This document shows positions 1-9,553 of a stretch of 32,000 nt of DNA, one piece after another. Within the stretch, counting starts at the first letter, position 1. Each line of letters begins with the position of its first letter. Where the stretch lies: assembly GCA_963676105.1 (NCBI GenBank), contig OY781039.1, forward strand, positions 1,530,001-1,562,000, written 5' to 3'. Both the position numbers and the translations under genes were made by a program. Under the pieces are notes generated by a model. That model saw only the letters and a list, made by a program, of their open reading frames with translations, did no database searches and had not been told where the DNA came from. This stretch comes from Erysipelotrichaceae bacterium. Its GTDB lineage: Bacteria; Bacillota_I; Bacilli_A; Erysipelotrichales; Erysipelotrichaceae.

Positions 1-237
1 GCAGATCTTAAACAAAAGTTAAGTGATAAAGGCTATAATCCAAAATATTACCTCTATCAAGATGAAATGGAGAAACGTCCATATTCACCATATAACGAAG
101 ACAATAGTTTAATTTATATCCTCACAAAAGATGGGGAAGTTCATGAGTTGTCTGTTGTTTCAAGAATTGTTAATGCGGTTGTGAATACTGATTCATTAGA
201 GAACCGTAAAGTATTTTATCCTAAGGAAGGTTTTTAA
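1..237 (+). CDS. 3' end of a CDS cut by the window edge (78 codons ending ...NRKVFYPKEGF*); product not assignable from this fragment
   Basis: Frame 1 is open from base 1 to TAA 235-237. The translation is protein-like (ADLKQKLSDKGYNPKYYLYQDEMEKRPYSPYNEDNSLIYILTKDGEVHELS...). I cannot name a diagnostic motif. Confidence 0.55.
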   Translation, partial: ADLKQKLSDKGYNPKYYLYQDEMEKRPYSPYNEDNSLIYILTKDGEVHELSVVSRIVNAVVNTDSLENRKVFYPKEGF

Positions 238-240
238 GAA

Positions 241-1482
241 GTGAAAAAAGATTTAATAAGTAGAAGAGAAAGTCTTCTAAATGACTTACCTCTAAATAGT
301 ATTGCGGTATTTTTTGCGGGTGATTTAATCCCATCAACAGCTGATGCTCATTACCCATTTGTGATAAATAAGAATTTTTATTATCTTACTAATCTTGAAG
401 AAGATAGTTTGATTTTAATGTTTACACATACTGCGACCGGTAAGAAAGAAACATTATTTATTAAGGATGATAATCCAGTGATGGAAAAATGGGTAGGTCG
501 TTCGATTAAAAAGAATGAAGCCATTGCGATATCAGGTATTAAGAATATCTTGAAGATATCTGATTTTGAAAATACTTTGAATCGTGTCTTTATGAGCAAT
601 GATATAACCAACTTTTACATCGATTCAGAGCGGATGTCGCTTAAAAAAGGGCAAACTAAAGCTGATCGTTTTACCAGTGAAATCAAGGAAGCACATCCTG
701 ATTTAGCCATCACAAATTTAAATAAAAAAATTAATAGTATGCGCAGCATTAAATCACAAGCTGAACAAGATTTAATGGTGAAAGCAATGCATGTGACTCA
801 CCGTGGTCTAAATCGAATATTAGAGAATTTGAAACCTGGACGTTTTGAATACCAAGTAGCGGCTGATTTCTCTTATCAAGTACAAAGTGAAAACTGCACA
901 CATGCCTTTGATACAATTGCAGCAAGTGGAGAAGATGCTTGTATCCTTCACTATGTGGATAATCAAAAAGAATGTAAAGATGGTGATTTAATACTATTAG
1001 ACTTAGGTGCTAGTTATCAAAACTATGCCAGTGATATAACGCGTACATATCCTGTGAATGGAAAATTTACTGAGCGTCAAAAAACGTTCTATAATATTGT
1101 CTTAAAAGCACAAGAAGCAGTTATTGATGCGGTGCAACCAGGGGTAAGTTTTCAATTCCTAAATCAAATTGTTAAAGAAATTTATAAAGAAGAATGTGTT
1201 AAGGCAAAAATTATCAAATGTGAGGATGATGTAGATCAAGTTTATTATCATGGTGTCTCTCATTCTTTGGGTTTAGATACACATGATGTAGGATATCTTG
1301 AAGGAGCTAAGGTTGAAGCAGGTATGGTTATTACCGTAGAACCAGGTTTATACAGTGCTCAAGAGGGTATTGGGATACGAATTGAAGATGATGTATTAGT
1401 CACTGAAACGGGCGGAATTGTCTTATCTTCCTTTATTGAAAAATCAGTTGAAGACATTGAAAGAATTATGAGCTCAAGATAA
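241..1482 (+). CDS. Xaa-Pro aminopeptidase / M24B family metallopeptidase
   Basis: 413-aa ORF. GTG start at 241 is preceded by AAGGAAGG (223-230). Pita-bread fold metal-site motifs are present: DLGASYQNYASDITRT, HGVSHSLGLDTHD, VITVEPGLY, GIRIEDDVLVT. Confidence 0.85.
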   Translation: MKKDLISRRESLLNDLPLNSIAVFFAGDLIPSTADAHYPFVINKNFYYLTNLEEDSLILMFTHTATGKKETLFIKDDNPVMEKWVGRSIKKNEAIAISGIKNILKISDFENTLNRVFMSNDITNFYIDSERMSLKKGQTKADRFTSEIKEAHPDLAITNLNKKINSMRSIKSQAEQDLMVKAMHVTHRGLNRILENLKPGRFEYQVAADFSYQVQSENCTHAFDTIAASGEDACILHYVDNQKECKDGDLILLDLGASYQNYASDITRTYPVNGKFTERQKTFYNIVLKAQEAVIDAVQPGVSFQFLNQIVKEIYKEECVKAKIIKCEDDVDQVYYHGVSHSLGLDTHDVGYLEGAKVEAGMVITVEPGLYSAQEGIGIRIEDDVLVTETGGIVLSSFIEKSVEDIERIMSSR

Positions 1483-1499
1483 ATCTGAGCTCTTTTTTT
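1470..1499 (+). terminator. Rho-independent terminator after the aminopeptidase gene
   Basis: GAGCTCA (1470-1476) pairs with TGAGCTC (1486-1492) across a 9-nt loop, followed by T7 (1493-1499). The stem overlaps the stop codon. Confidence 0.7.
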
Positions 1500-1518
1500 A
1501 TAAATAGGATGTAAACGC

Positions 1519-1546
1519 TTGACATACGATTTAACTTATTTATAAT
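1519..1546 (+). promoter_or_regulatory. Near-consensus sigma-A promoter for the DUF1934-argS operon
   Basis: TTGACA (1519-1524), 16-nt spacer, TATAAT (1541-1546). The predicted TSS near 1553 lies downstream of the ORF-track TTG start at 1549, which argues for the ATG at 1573. Confidence 0.65.
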
Positions 1547-1572
1547 CGTTGTCAGGAAATGGTTATATTTAT

Positions 1573-1968
1573 ATGAAGTCTCAAGCGGTTAGTTATCAGT
1601 TAACCTTAACCGATAATTTAGAAAATAAAAGTGTATTCTATGATGATTTAATTGGAGAGATGTCAAAAACACCTCTTGTATATCGTTACACAGAAAATCA
1701 CACAGATGCATCTGTAAAGATTAATGTGAGTGATGATTTTATCATTTTAAACAGAAGTGCTGAATCCAACACAGAAATAAAATTTGAAGAAAATACAGGC
1801 ACTAAATTCTTTATAAAAGATGATGCGACAGAGTTTATGGGGGACGTCGAAACACTCGAAATAAAAAAGTTACCTCAATACCTCTATATTCACTACCGCT
1901 TGTGGGTAAATAATGATATTATAGCGGAACAAGAAATGGAACTGAAAGTGAAGGTAAGTGATGCATGA
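1573..1968 (+). CDS. DUF1934 family protein (B. subtilis YwiB-like beta-barrel protein)
   Basis: About 131 aa from ATG 1573. Its stop overlaps the argS start (ATGA at 1965-1968), the same position ywiB holds upstream of argS in B. subtilis. Size and composition fit DUF1934. The start is less certain than the frame. Confidence 0.65.
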   Translation: MKSQAVSYQLTLTDNLENKSVFYDDLIGEMSKTPLVYRYTENHTDASVKINVSDDFIILNRSAESNTEIKFEENTGTKFFIKDDATEFMGDVETLEIKKLPQYLYIHYRLWVNNDIIAEQEMELKVKVSDA

Positions 1969-3608
1969 ATGCGATTGAAGCACAACTAAGACAAATCATT
2001 CAAAATGCAGTTTTAAAAGCTTATGATTTGAAACTTTCTTTTTCTGACATTGTCATTGAAAATCCAAAGATTAAAGAACATGGGGATTATTCAACTAATG
2101 TGGCAATGCAATTGGCTAAGCAACTTAAAAATAATCCAAGAGTGATTGCCCAAGCTATTGTAGAAGCAATTGAGTCAGAAGATCACCCATTCACAAAATT
2201 AGATATTGCGGGTGCTGGTTTTATCAACATGATTGTTAAGCTTGATGTTTTAACTGATATTATTCCAACAATTTTAAAAGAAAACGAAAACTATGGTGTC
2301 GGTGAACACAAAGAACATCCTAGTTTTAATATTGAGTATGTTTCCGCAAACCCAACGGGTGATTTACATCCAGGTCATGCGCGTGGTGCAGCGATTGGCG
2401 ATGCCTTATCACGTATTATGAAAACAGCTGGATATAATGTTTCACGTGAATACTATATTAATGATGCGGGTAATCAAATCAATAATATGGCTAAATCTTT
2501 ACGTGCACGATATCTTCAAGTTTGTGGACTTGATGAAGAAGTGCCTGAAGATGGCTACCATGGAAAAGATTTGGTTGATATTGCACAGGATATTTATGAT
2601 ACAAATAAAGAAGCTTATAAAGACTTAGCTTATGAAGAAAGTGTTGCACTTTTTAAAGAGTTAGGACTTAAAGCTGAAATTCAAAAACTAAAGGATGATT
2701 TAGAACTCTTTAGATGTGAGTTTGATGTATGGACATCTGAACAATCTTTATATGATAAAGGTTTAGTCACAGCGGCCCTTCAAAAACTGAAAGATCTAGG
2801 ACATACCTATGAGCACGAAGGCGCTTTATTTTTAAAGACCAGTGATTATGGAGATGATAAGGATCGTGTTTTAGTTAAGAGTGATGGTTCTTACACTTAT
2901 TTAATGCCAGATATTGCGTATCACTTAAATAAGAAAGAACGTGGTTATGATGAGCTTGTCAATTTATGGGGAGCCGATCACCATGGTTATATTCCACGTA
3001 TGAAAGCAGCTTTACAGGCGCTTGATTACAACCCAGAAGATTTACATGTCGATATCATTCAAATGGCTCGCATGATTAAAGATGGGGAAGAATTTAAATT
3101 AAGCAAACGTACAGGGAAGGCGGTGGCTTTAAAAGATTTAATCGATGAAGCAGGGGTGGATGCGGTTAGATACTACTTTGTATCTAAAGCTGGCGACACA
3201 CATATGGATTTAGACTTAGATATGGCAACATCATCTTCAAATGAAAATCCAGTTTATTATGCCCAATATGCGCATGCGAGAATGTGTTCGATTCTAAGAG
3301 TCGAAAGCCCACAAGAAATTACAGATTATAGTTTATTAACCCATGAAAAAGAAAGAGATCTAATGATGATCTTAGCGGATTATCCGCAATGGATTCAAAA
3401 CTCTGCTGCACTAAGACAACCACATCTCATGTGTTTGTATATACATAAGTGTGCATCAGGCTTCCATTCTTTTTATAACGAGTGTAGTGTATTAAAAGCT
3501 GATGATGAAGCGTTAAAACTTCAAAGACTTTCATTAACGAAAGCAGTTCAAATCACTTTAAAAAATGCATTAGAACTTATTGGCGTAAGTGCCCCAGAGA
3601 AAATGTAG
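1965..3608 (+). CDS. argS: Arginine--tRNA ligase
   Basis: 547 aa. Class I HIGH-type motif (PTGDLHPGHARG), KMSK-like region (KLSKRTGKAV), and the typical ArgRS C-terminal anticodon-binding end (...GVSAPEKM). Confidence 0.95.
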   Translation: MNAIEAQLRQIIQNAVLKAYDLKLSFSDIVIENPKIKEHGDYSTNVAMQLAKQLKNNPRVIAQAIVEAIESEDHPFTKLDIAGAGFINMIVKLDVLTDIIPTILKENENYGVGEHKEHPSFNIEYVSANPTGDLHPGHARGAAIGDALSRIMKTAGYNVSREYYINDAGNQINNMAKSLRARYLQVCGLDEEVPEDGYHGKDLVDIAQDIYDTNKEAYKDLAYEESVALFKELGLKAEIQKLKDDLELFRCEFDVWTSEQSLYDKGLVTAALQKLKDLGHTYEHEGALFLKTSDYGDDKDRVLVKSDGSYTYLMPDIAYHLNKKERGYDELVNLWGADHHGYIPRMKAALQALDYNPEDLHVDIIQMARMIKDGEEFKLSKRTGKAVALKDLIDEAGVDAVRYYFVSKAGDTHMDLDLDMATSSSNENPVYYAQYAHARMCSILRVESPQEITDYSLLTHEKERDLMMILADYPQWIQNSAALRQPHLMCLYIHKCASGFHSFYNECSVLKADDEALKLQRLSLTKAVQITLKNALELIGVSAPEKM

Positions 3609-3617
3609 GAGATATTT

Positions 3618-4001
3618 ATGACAAGCCGATCAATGTTGGATGTTGCGTACGAAACTTTAAAAACGCAACAAAACGAGATTTCATTCCTCGACTTATGGAC
3701 TGAGGTTGTGAATACCTTAGGATTTAGTGCTGCTCAGTCTGAGCAAAAAATTGCACAATTTTATTCTGCGATGATGTTGGATGTGCGCTTTGCACAATTA
3801 GAAGACAACATGTGGGATTTACGTACACGTCGTACTTATGACGAAACGCATAAAGAAGGTGGCGAAATCATTGAAGATGAATATATGAGCGATGATGAAG
3901 CTGAAGAATTGTTAATGCGTGAAGACGATGATGATGACGATGACGATTCAGACGATGATGACGATGAGGATGACGATTCTGACGAAGAAGATGACGATTA
4001 A
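3618..4001 (+). CDS. rpoE: DNA-directed RNA polymerase delta subunit
   Basis: 127 aa. N-terminal HARE-HTH-like domain (SMLDVAYETLK...ISFLDLWTEV...FYSAMMLDVRFAQLEDNMWDLR) followed by a long poly-Asp/Glu tail. Lies directly upstream of pyrG as in B. subtilis. RBS GGAG at 3608-3611. Confidence 0.9.
   Translation: MTSRSMLDVAYETLKTQQNEISFLDLWTEVVNTLGFSAAQSEQKIAQFYSAMMLDVRFAQLEDNMWDLRTRRTYDETHKEGGEIIEDEYMSDDEAEELLMREDDDDDDDDSDDDDDEDDDSDEEDDD
3921..3998 (+). repeat. Low-complexity GAY/GAR codon tract encoding the acidic tail of RpoE
   Basis: Near-uninterrupted Asp/Glu/Ser codons. Contains a 17-nt near-duplicate, GATGACGATTCAGACGA (3939-3955) versus GATGACGATTCTGACGA (3969-3985), 30 nt apart. Confidence 0.8.
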
Positions 4002-4027
4002 TTCTTGTAATTTTTTGTTGTAACTTA

Positions 4028-5719
<1,692 letters not shown>

Positions 5720-5760
5720 AAAAAACACAAATTTGATTCGTGTTAGAATGTGGTATATCT

Positions 5761-7020
5761 ATGGAAGAAGTTATTAAAATTGAAGGCGGACATAAACTAA
5801 AAGGTTCAGTTCGCGTAAGTGGATCTAAAAATACAACGGTTGCGCTTATTCCAGCGGCTGTTCTTGCGACAAAAGGTAAAGTTACCATTTTTGGTGTGCC
5901 TGAAATATCAGATGTTGGCCACTTATCCAATCTACTTCAATCTTTAGATGTTGAAGTTGAACATAAAGGTGAAGATATTATCATTGATCCAAGTCATATG
6001 AATAATATTGCCCTAGATCATTCTTCGGTCACAAAACTTAGAGCTTCTTATTATTTTATGGGTGCTCTTTTAGGTCGTTTTAAAAAAGTATCGATGAAAA
6101 TGCCAGGTGGCTGTTACTTAGGACCACGTCCAATTGATCTTCATTTAAAAGGTTTTGAGGCGCTTGGCGCAAGCATTGATTACTCCAATGGTTTTTATCA
6201 TATACAGGCAAAAGAACTGGTAGGCGCAAAAATCTATTTAGATACCACATCTGTTGGCGCAACCATCAATATTATGATGGCATCTGTTTACGCCAAAGGT
6301 CGTACTACGATTGAAAATGCGGCTAAAGAACCAGAGATTATTGATGTCGCAACCTTCTTAAATAAAATGGGTGCTCAAATTCGTGGTGCCGGTACAAATA
6401 TCATTACCATTGATGGTGTCGAAGAACTGAGTGGTTGTGTTCATGAAATTATTCCTGATCGTATTGAAGCAGGTACCTTTATTATCATTGCGGCAGCTGC
6501 AGCTAAAGAAATGGTGATTGAAAACATTATTCCGCATCACTTAGATTCACTTCTTTCAAAACTTGAAGAAATGGGTGTCCCACTTCAAGTTGAAATTGAT
6601 AAAGTTACGGTTAAAGCCGCATCACACTTAAAAGCTGTTGATATTCAAACATTGCCTTATCCAGGTTTTGCGACTGACCTTCAACAACCTTTAACACCTT
6701 TGCTTTGTTTCGCAGAAGGTAATTCACAAGTTAAAGAAACCATTTACGTTGAGCGTTTTAAACATTGTTTAGAACTACAGCGTATGGGTGCAAATATTAA
6801 TTTAAGTCCAGCTATGGCTAATATTACGGGTCCAACCCATTTAACAGGTGATATTGTGACTGCCACCGATTTAAGATGTGGGGCTAGTTTGGTTGTCGCT
6901 GGTTTAATGGCTAAAGGTGTGACAGAAATTCATGATATTTATCATATCGATCGTGGTTATGATCGCATTGATGAAAAACTACGTGCTTGTGGCGCAAAAA
7001 TTTGGCGAGAAGAAGTTTAA
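5761..7020 (+). CDS. murA: UDP-N-acetylglucosamine 1-carboxyvinyltransferase
   Basis: 419 aa from MEEVIKIEGGHKLKGSVRVSGSKN. Active-site Cys loop MPGGCYLGPRPIDLH. C-terminal HIDRGYDRIDEKL. Start chosen by homology to MurA N-termini; there is no clear SD. Confidence 0.92.
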   Translation: MEEVIKIEGGHKLKGSVRVSGSKNTTVALIPAAVLATKGKVTIFGVPEISDVGHLSNLLQSLDVEVEHKGEDIIIDPSHMNNIALDHSSVTKLRASYYFMGALLGRFKKVSMKMPGGCYLGPRPIDLHLKGFEALGASIDYSNGFYHIQAKELVGAKIYLDTTSVGATINIMMASVYAKGRTTIENAAKEPEIIDVATFLNKMGAQIRGAGTNIITIDGVEELSGCVHEIIPDRIEAGTFIIIAAAAAKEMVIENIIPHHLDSLLSKLEEMGVPLQVEIDKVTVKAASHLKAVDIQTLPYPGFATDLQQPLTPLLCFAEGNSQVKETIYVERFKHCLELQRMGANINLSPAMANITGPTHLTGDIVTATDLRCGASLVVAGLMAKGVTEIHDIYHIDRGYDRIDEKLRACGAKIWREEV

Positions 7021-7463
7021 TGACTGATACTATCCTTGTCCACAAAGTACATAATGATATTCAAATGCGTTGGTGTTTAAGAATTCGAGAAGAAGTTTTT
7101 ATCACTGAGCAAAGCGTTCCACGTGATATTGAAATAGATGAACATGATATCTTAACAGATCCTGTGTGCCAACATTTCTTACTCATTATGAATGGTCATC
7201 CAGTAGGGACGGCACGCGCTATTACCTTAGAGGATCAATCAATCAAAATTCAACGTGTTGCGATTTCAAAAAACAGTCGCGGTTTAGGATTAGGTAAAGT
7301 TCTGCTTAATTTTATAGAAGAAGATTATCAAGCACATAAATATATCTTAGGGGCACAAGAACATGCGATACCTTTTTATGAAAAGTTAGGTTATGTTGTT
7401 TGTTCAGATATATATATGGATGCTGATATTAGACATAAAGATATGGAAAAAACGATAGGTTAA
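7020..7463 (+). CDS. GNAT family N-acetyltransferase
   Basis: 147 aa from an ATG that overlaps the murA stop (TAATG at 7018-7022). Acetyl-CoA motif A is present: RVAISKNSRGLGLGKVLL...FYEKLGY. Confidence 0.8.
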   Translation: MTDTILVHKVHNDIQMRWCLRIREEVFITEQSVPRDIEIDEHDILTDPVCQHFLLIMNGHPVGTARAITLEDQSIKIQRVAISKNSRGLGLGKVLLNFIEEDYQAHKYILGAQEHAIPFYEKLGYVVCSDIYMDADIRHKDMEKTIG

Positions 7464-7477
7464 GGCCTATCGTTTTA
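7452..7477 (+). terminator. Possible weak terminator after the GNAT gene
   Basis: ACGATAGG (7452-7459) pairs with CCTATCGT (7466-7473), then TTTT-A-T. The stem includes the stop codon and the T tract is short. Confidence 0.4.
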
Positions 7478-7499
7478 TAATGGATAAAAGGAGTTTTTT

Positions 7500-7889
7500 A
7501 TGTTACATCATATTGAAATATACGTTAAAGACTTAAAGAAAACTAAAGTGTTCTATGACTTTCTATTAAGTGAATTAGGATATCGTATTTATCAAGAATG
7601 GGATCAAGGAATTAGTTATAGATTTAAAGATGAGTATTATCTTGTTTTTGTACAAACGGAAGATGCTTATCTAAATCATGACTATCATCGAAAACATGTA
7701 GGCTTAAATCATTTAGCCTTTTCAATAAATACAAGAGAAGAAGTGGATGAATTAAGAGCCCGATTACTTAAAAATGGAGTTAATGAACTTTATAAAGATG
7801 ACTATCCATTTGCAGGTGGAAAAGATTATTTTGCTTTTTATTTTGAAGACCCTGATCGAATTAAACTTGAACTCGTTTCCTTAGAGTAG
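7500..7889 (+). CDS. VOC (glyoxalase/bleomycin-resistance/dioxygenase) family protein
   Basis: 129 aa. RBS AAAGGAG (7487-7493). Starts MLHHIEIYVKDLKKTKVFY and ends ...FYFEDPDRIKLELV, the typical paired beta-alpha-beta-beta-beta module signature with H/E metal ligands. Confidence 0.75.
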   Translation: MLHHIEIYVKDLKKTKVFYDFLLSELGYRIYQEWDQGISYRFKDEYYLVFVQTEDAYLNHDYHRKHVGLNHLAFSINTREEVDELRARLLKNGVNELYKDDYPFAGGKDYFAFYFEDPDRIKLELVSLE

Positions 7890-7907
7890 ATTATTTGAAA
7901 CGTGTTC
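7869..7907. terminator. Inverted repeat spanning two convergent stop codons (possible bidirectional 3'-end hairpin)
   Basis: GAACTCGTTTC (7869-7879) and GAAACGTGTTC (7897-7907) pair at 10 of 11 positions across a 17-nt loop. It covers TAG 7887-7889 (+ gene) and the stop at 7891-7893 (- gene). Neither strand has a U tract. Confidence 0.3.
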
Positions 7908-8718
7908 TAAAACTACAATGTTGGCATAAGTCTTCAACGAGTTTGTTTTGTTTAAAGCCAGAAACAAGATTGTTAAATCGTTGTGTCTTAAGTAAATCAT
8001 TCATGGATGTTTCATAGATATTACCTAGCGATAAAATGCCTTGAGGATCTAAACAACAAGGTGTAAAGGTTCCATCTGTTAAGATGGCAGATAATTTAAT
8101 GCCTGAATGACATCGTCCTTTATTAGATACAAAGGGATCATCTAAATGAGGCCAAGCAAACTGATCATCCAAATCTAGATAGAGATGATTATCAATCTTT
8201 ATACGGTGTTTACCAAGTTTTTGAATGAGTTCAGAATCTACATCAGGCAAAAGACTTTGAATGATTTGTGTCATTCTCTCAGATTTTTTATTCCAAATAC
8301 GGAGAAACTTGGAAGTATTATTTTGAAATAGTAATGCTTTAATTTCAATTAGTGAATCTAGTTTACGTTTAAATGCTTCATCACTAAACTCTTCCCATGC
8401 GTGAAAAGATATCGATAGTTGCGCGAGGGCAGGGTGTGTAAAAAAGGAAGGACTGATTTGATCTAAAAGGGTCCCATTAGTGACGATATGAACTTTTAGT
8501 TTATATTTATAAGCAATATCTAAAAATGTTAATAAATGGGGATGCGTTAATGGTTCACCTTGAACATGTAGATAAATATGTTGGGTATGCGTGTGTATAT
8601 CTTGAATTATATGTGTGAATTCTTCAATGCTCATCTGTTTAGATGATTTAGTAGGACTTGGACAAAATGAACAAGTCAAATTACAACGGTTTGTAATTTC
8701 GATGTAGATGCGATCCAT
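7891..8718 (-). CDS. Radical SAM protein with a SPASM/twitch-like C-terminal Cys cluster, function unknown
   Basis: MDRIYIEITNRCNLTCSFCP carries CX3CX2C. The C-terminal region has C-x12-G-x4-C-C (RCHSGIKLSAILTDGTFTPCC) and CQHC. The ATG at 8718 is 1 nt downstream of the yaaA stop. An alternative TTG start at 8769, with AAAGGA 8 nt upstream, would overlap yaaA by about 50 nt. Confidence 0.8.
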   Translation of the reverse strand: MDRIYIEITNRCNLTCSFCPSPTKSSKQMSIEEFTHIIQDIHTHTQHIYLHVQGEPLTHPHLLTFLDIAYKYKLKVHIVTNGTLLDQISPSFFTHPALAQLSISFHAWEEFSDEAFKRKLDSLIEIKALLFQNNTSKFLRIWNKKSERMTQIIQSLLPDVDSELIQKLGKHRIKIDNHLYLDLDDQFAWPHLDDPFVSNKGRCHSGIKLSAILTDGTFTPCCLDPQGILSLGNIYETSMNDLLKTQRFNNLVSGFKQNKLVEDLCQHCSFRTRFK

Positions 8719-8719
8719 T

Positions 8720-9436
8720 TTATTGTACGGTTCTAATAAACACACTTTCTGTTTTATTAAAGGATTCAAGTATATAATCCTTTAATTGTAGGTTTCTTAA
8801 TTCTTCAATGGTTTCTACTTGATTTAGGACACACCATTCAAGTGTTTGTCCACGAGCTTTTTTAGCTTCAGCAGAATTGATTCGACGTTTACCATTTTTT
8901 TCATCGTAGAAATAAATGGTATGAGTGTGTGGATGATTTATGAGTGAACTAAATTCTTCAGAGGCAATATTTAGTATCCAATCTACATCTTTAAATACAT
9001 TGTTTATTTTATTTCCCCAGAATTTCTTTAAATGAATGTTTTTAAAACTCATCACAAAATCTAAACGATATGGCCAAATAGCCGTAAAAGGTGTTAGTAC
9101 ACCATACATTCCAGATAATATTCTTAGATGGGATTCTAAGTAATCTAATTGTATTTGATTATAAGCAGAGACATGTAACTGTCTAAAAGCCAGACCGTTA
9201 TAGAGCTCAATGGCTGAATATTTATTTTGACTAGGATCAAAGTGATGATACATATCATAGATTTCTTGAGCGAGTTTATCACTGACTTTCATGCTTTCTT
9301 TTATTGCAGGTTTAGAGAGTTTCTTAAGTTTATTAAATAGACTTAAGGTTTCTTCTGTAAAAACTAAAGATAACTGTGATTGTGATGACTCACAATTTGA
9401 ATTCATGGTTTTAGCTGGTGATAAGATAATTTTCAT
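8720..9436 (-). CDS. yaaA: YaaA/UPF0246 (DUF328) peroxide-stress protein family
   Basis: 238 aa from the family-typical N-terminus MKIILSPAKTMN (ATG at 9436). The ORF-track extension to 9484 begins at a TTG and adds 16 non-conserved residues. Confidence 0.8.
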   Translation of the reverse strand: MKIILSPAKTMNSNCESSQSQLSLVFTEETLSLFNKLKKLSKPAIKESMKVSDKLAQEIYDMYHHFDPSQNKYSAIELYNGLAFRQLHVSAYNQIQLDYLESHLRILSGMYGVLTPFTAIWPYRLDFVMSFKNIHLKKFWGNKINNVFKDVDWILNIASEEFSSLINHPHTHTIYFYDEKNGKRRINSAEAKKARGQTLEWCVLNQVETIEELRNLQLKDYILESFNKTESVFIRTVQ

Positions 9437-9553
9437 GACTTTATTAAAACATACTATGTCATTATTAATTCTACTTTTGGACAATTTATAAATATATGTT
9501 TTAGGTTTAAACTTAATTTATAAGTTGTCTATCTATTAAGGAGGAATAAAAAG

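Noticed and set aside
954-962. Perfect DnaA-box 9-mer (TGTGGATAA, the reverse complement of TTATCCACA) inside the aminopeptidase gene.
   Set aside because: It is a single isolated box within a coding region. There is no cluster, no AT-rich unwinding element, and no dnaA/dnaN context. It is consistent with chance.
1483-1572. Looked for a T-box or other riboswitch upstream of argS. Also looked for leaders upstream of glyA, lysS, upp and ftsH.
   Set aside because: The intergenic spaces are far too short (about 90 nt or less, mostly under 30 nt) for T-box or riboswitch architectures. I saw no specifier-loop or T-box motif.
2438-2453. parS-like sequence TGTTTCACGTGAATAC inside argS.
   Set aside because: It matches the Firmicute parS consensus TGTTNCACGTGAAACA at only 13 of 16 positions, and all three mismatches fall in one arm. 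That is too degenerate to call without Spo0J/ParB ChIP data.
9437-9553. Searched the yaaA / Dps-like divergent spacer for a PerR/Fur-type 7-1-7 box (TTATAATnATTATAA / TGATAATnATTATCA).
   Set aside because: Only short AT-rich partial palindromes are present (CTTA...TAAG, GTTTAAAC). Nothing comes close enough to either consensus to claim, so peroxide or iron regulation remains an inference from gene content only.
7891-9553. Looked for a RiPP-type precursor peptide ORF next to the radical SAM/SPASM-like gene.
   Set aside because: No small ORF with start signals lies upstream, downstream or in the spacer. The only listed small ORF (9291-9491, +) is antisense to yaaA and not protein-like.
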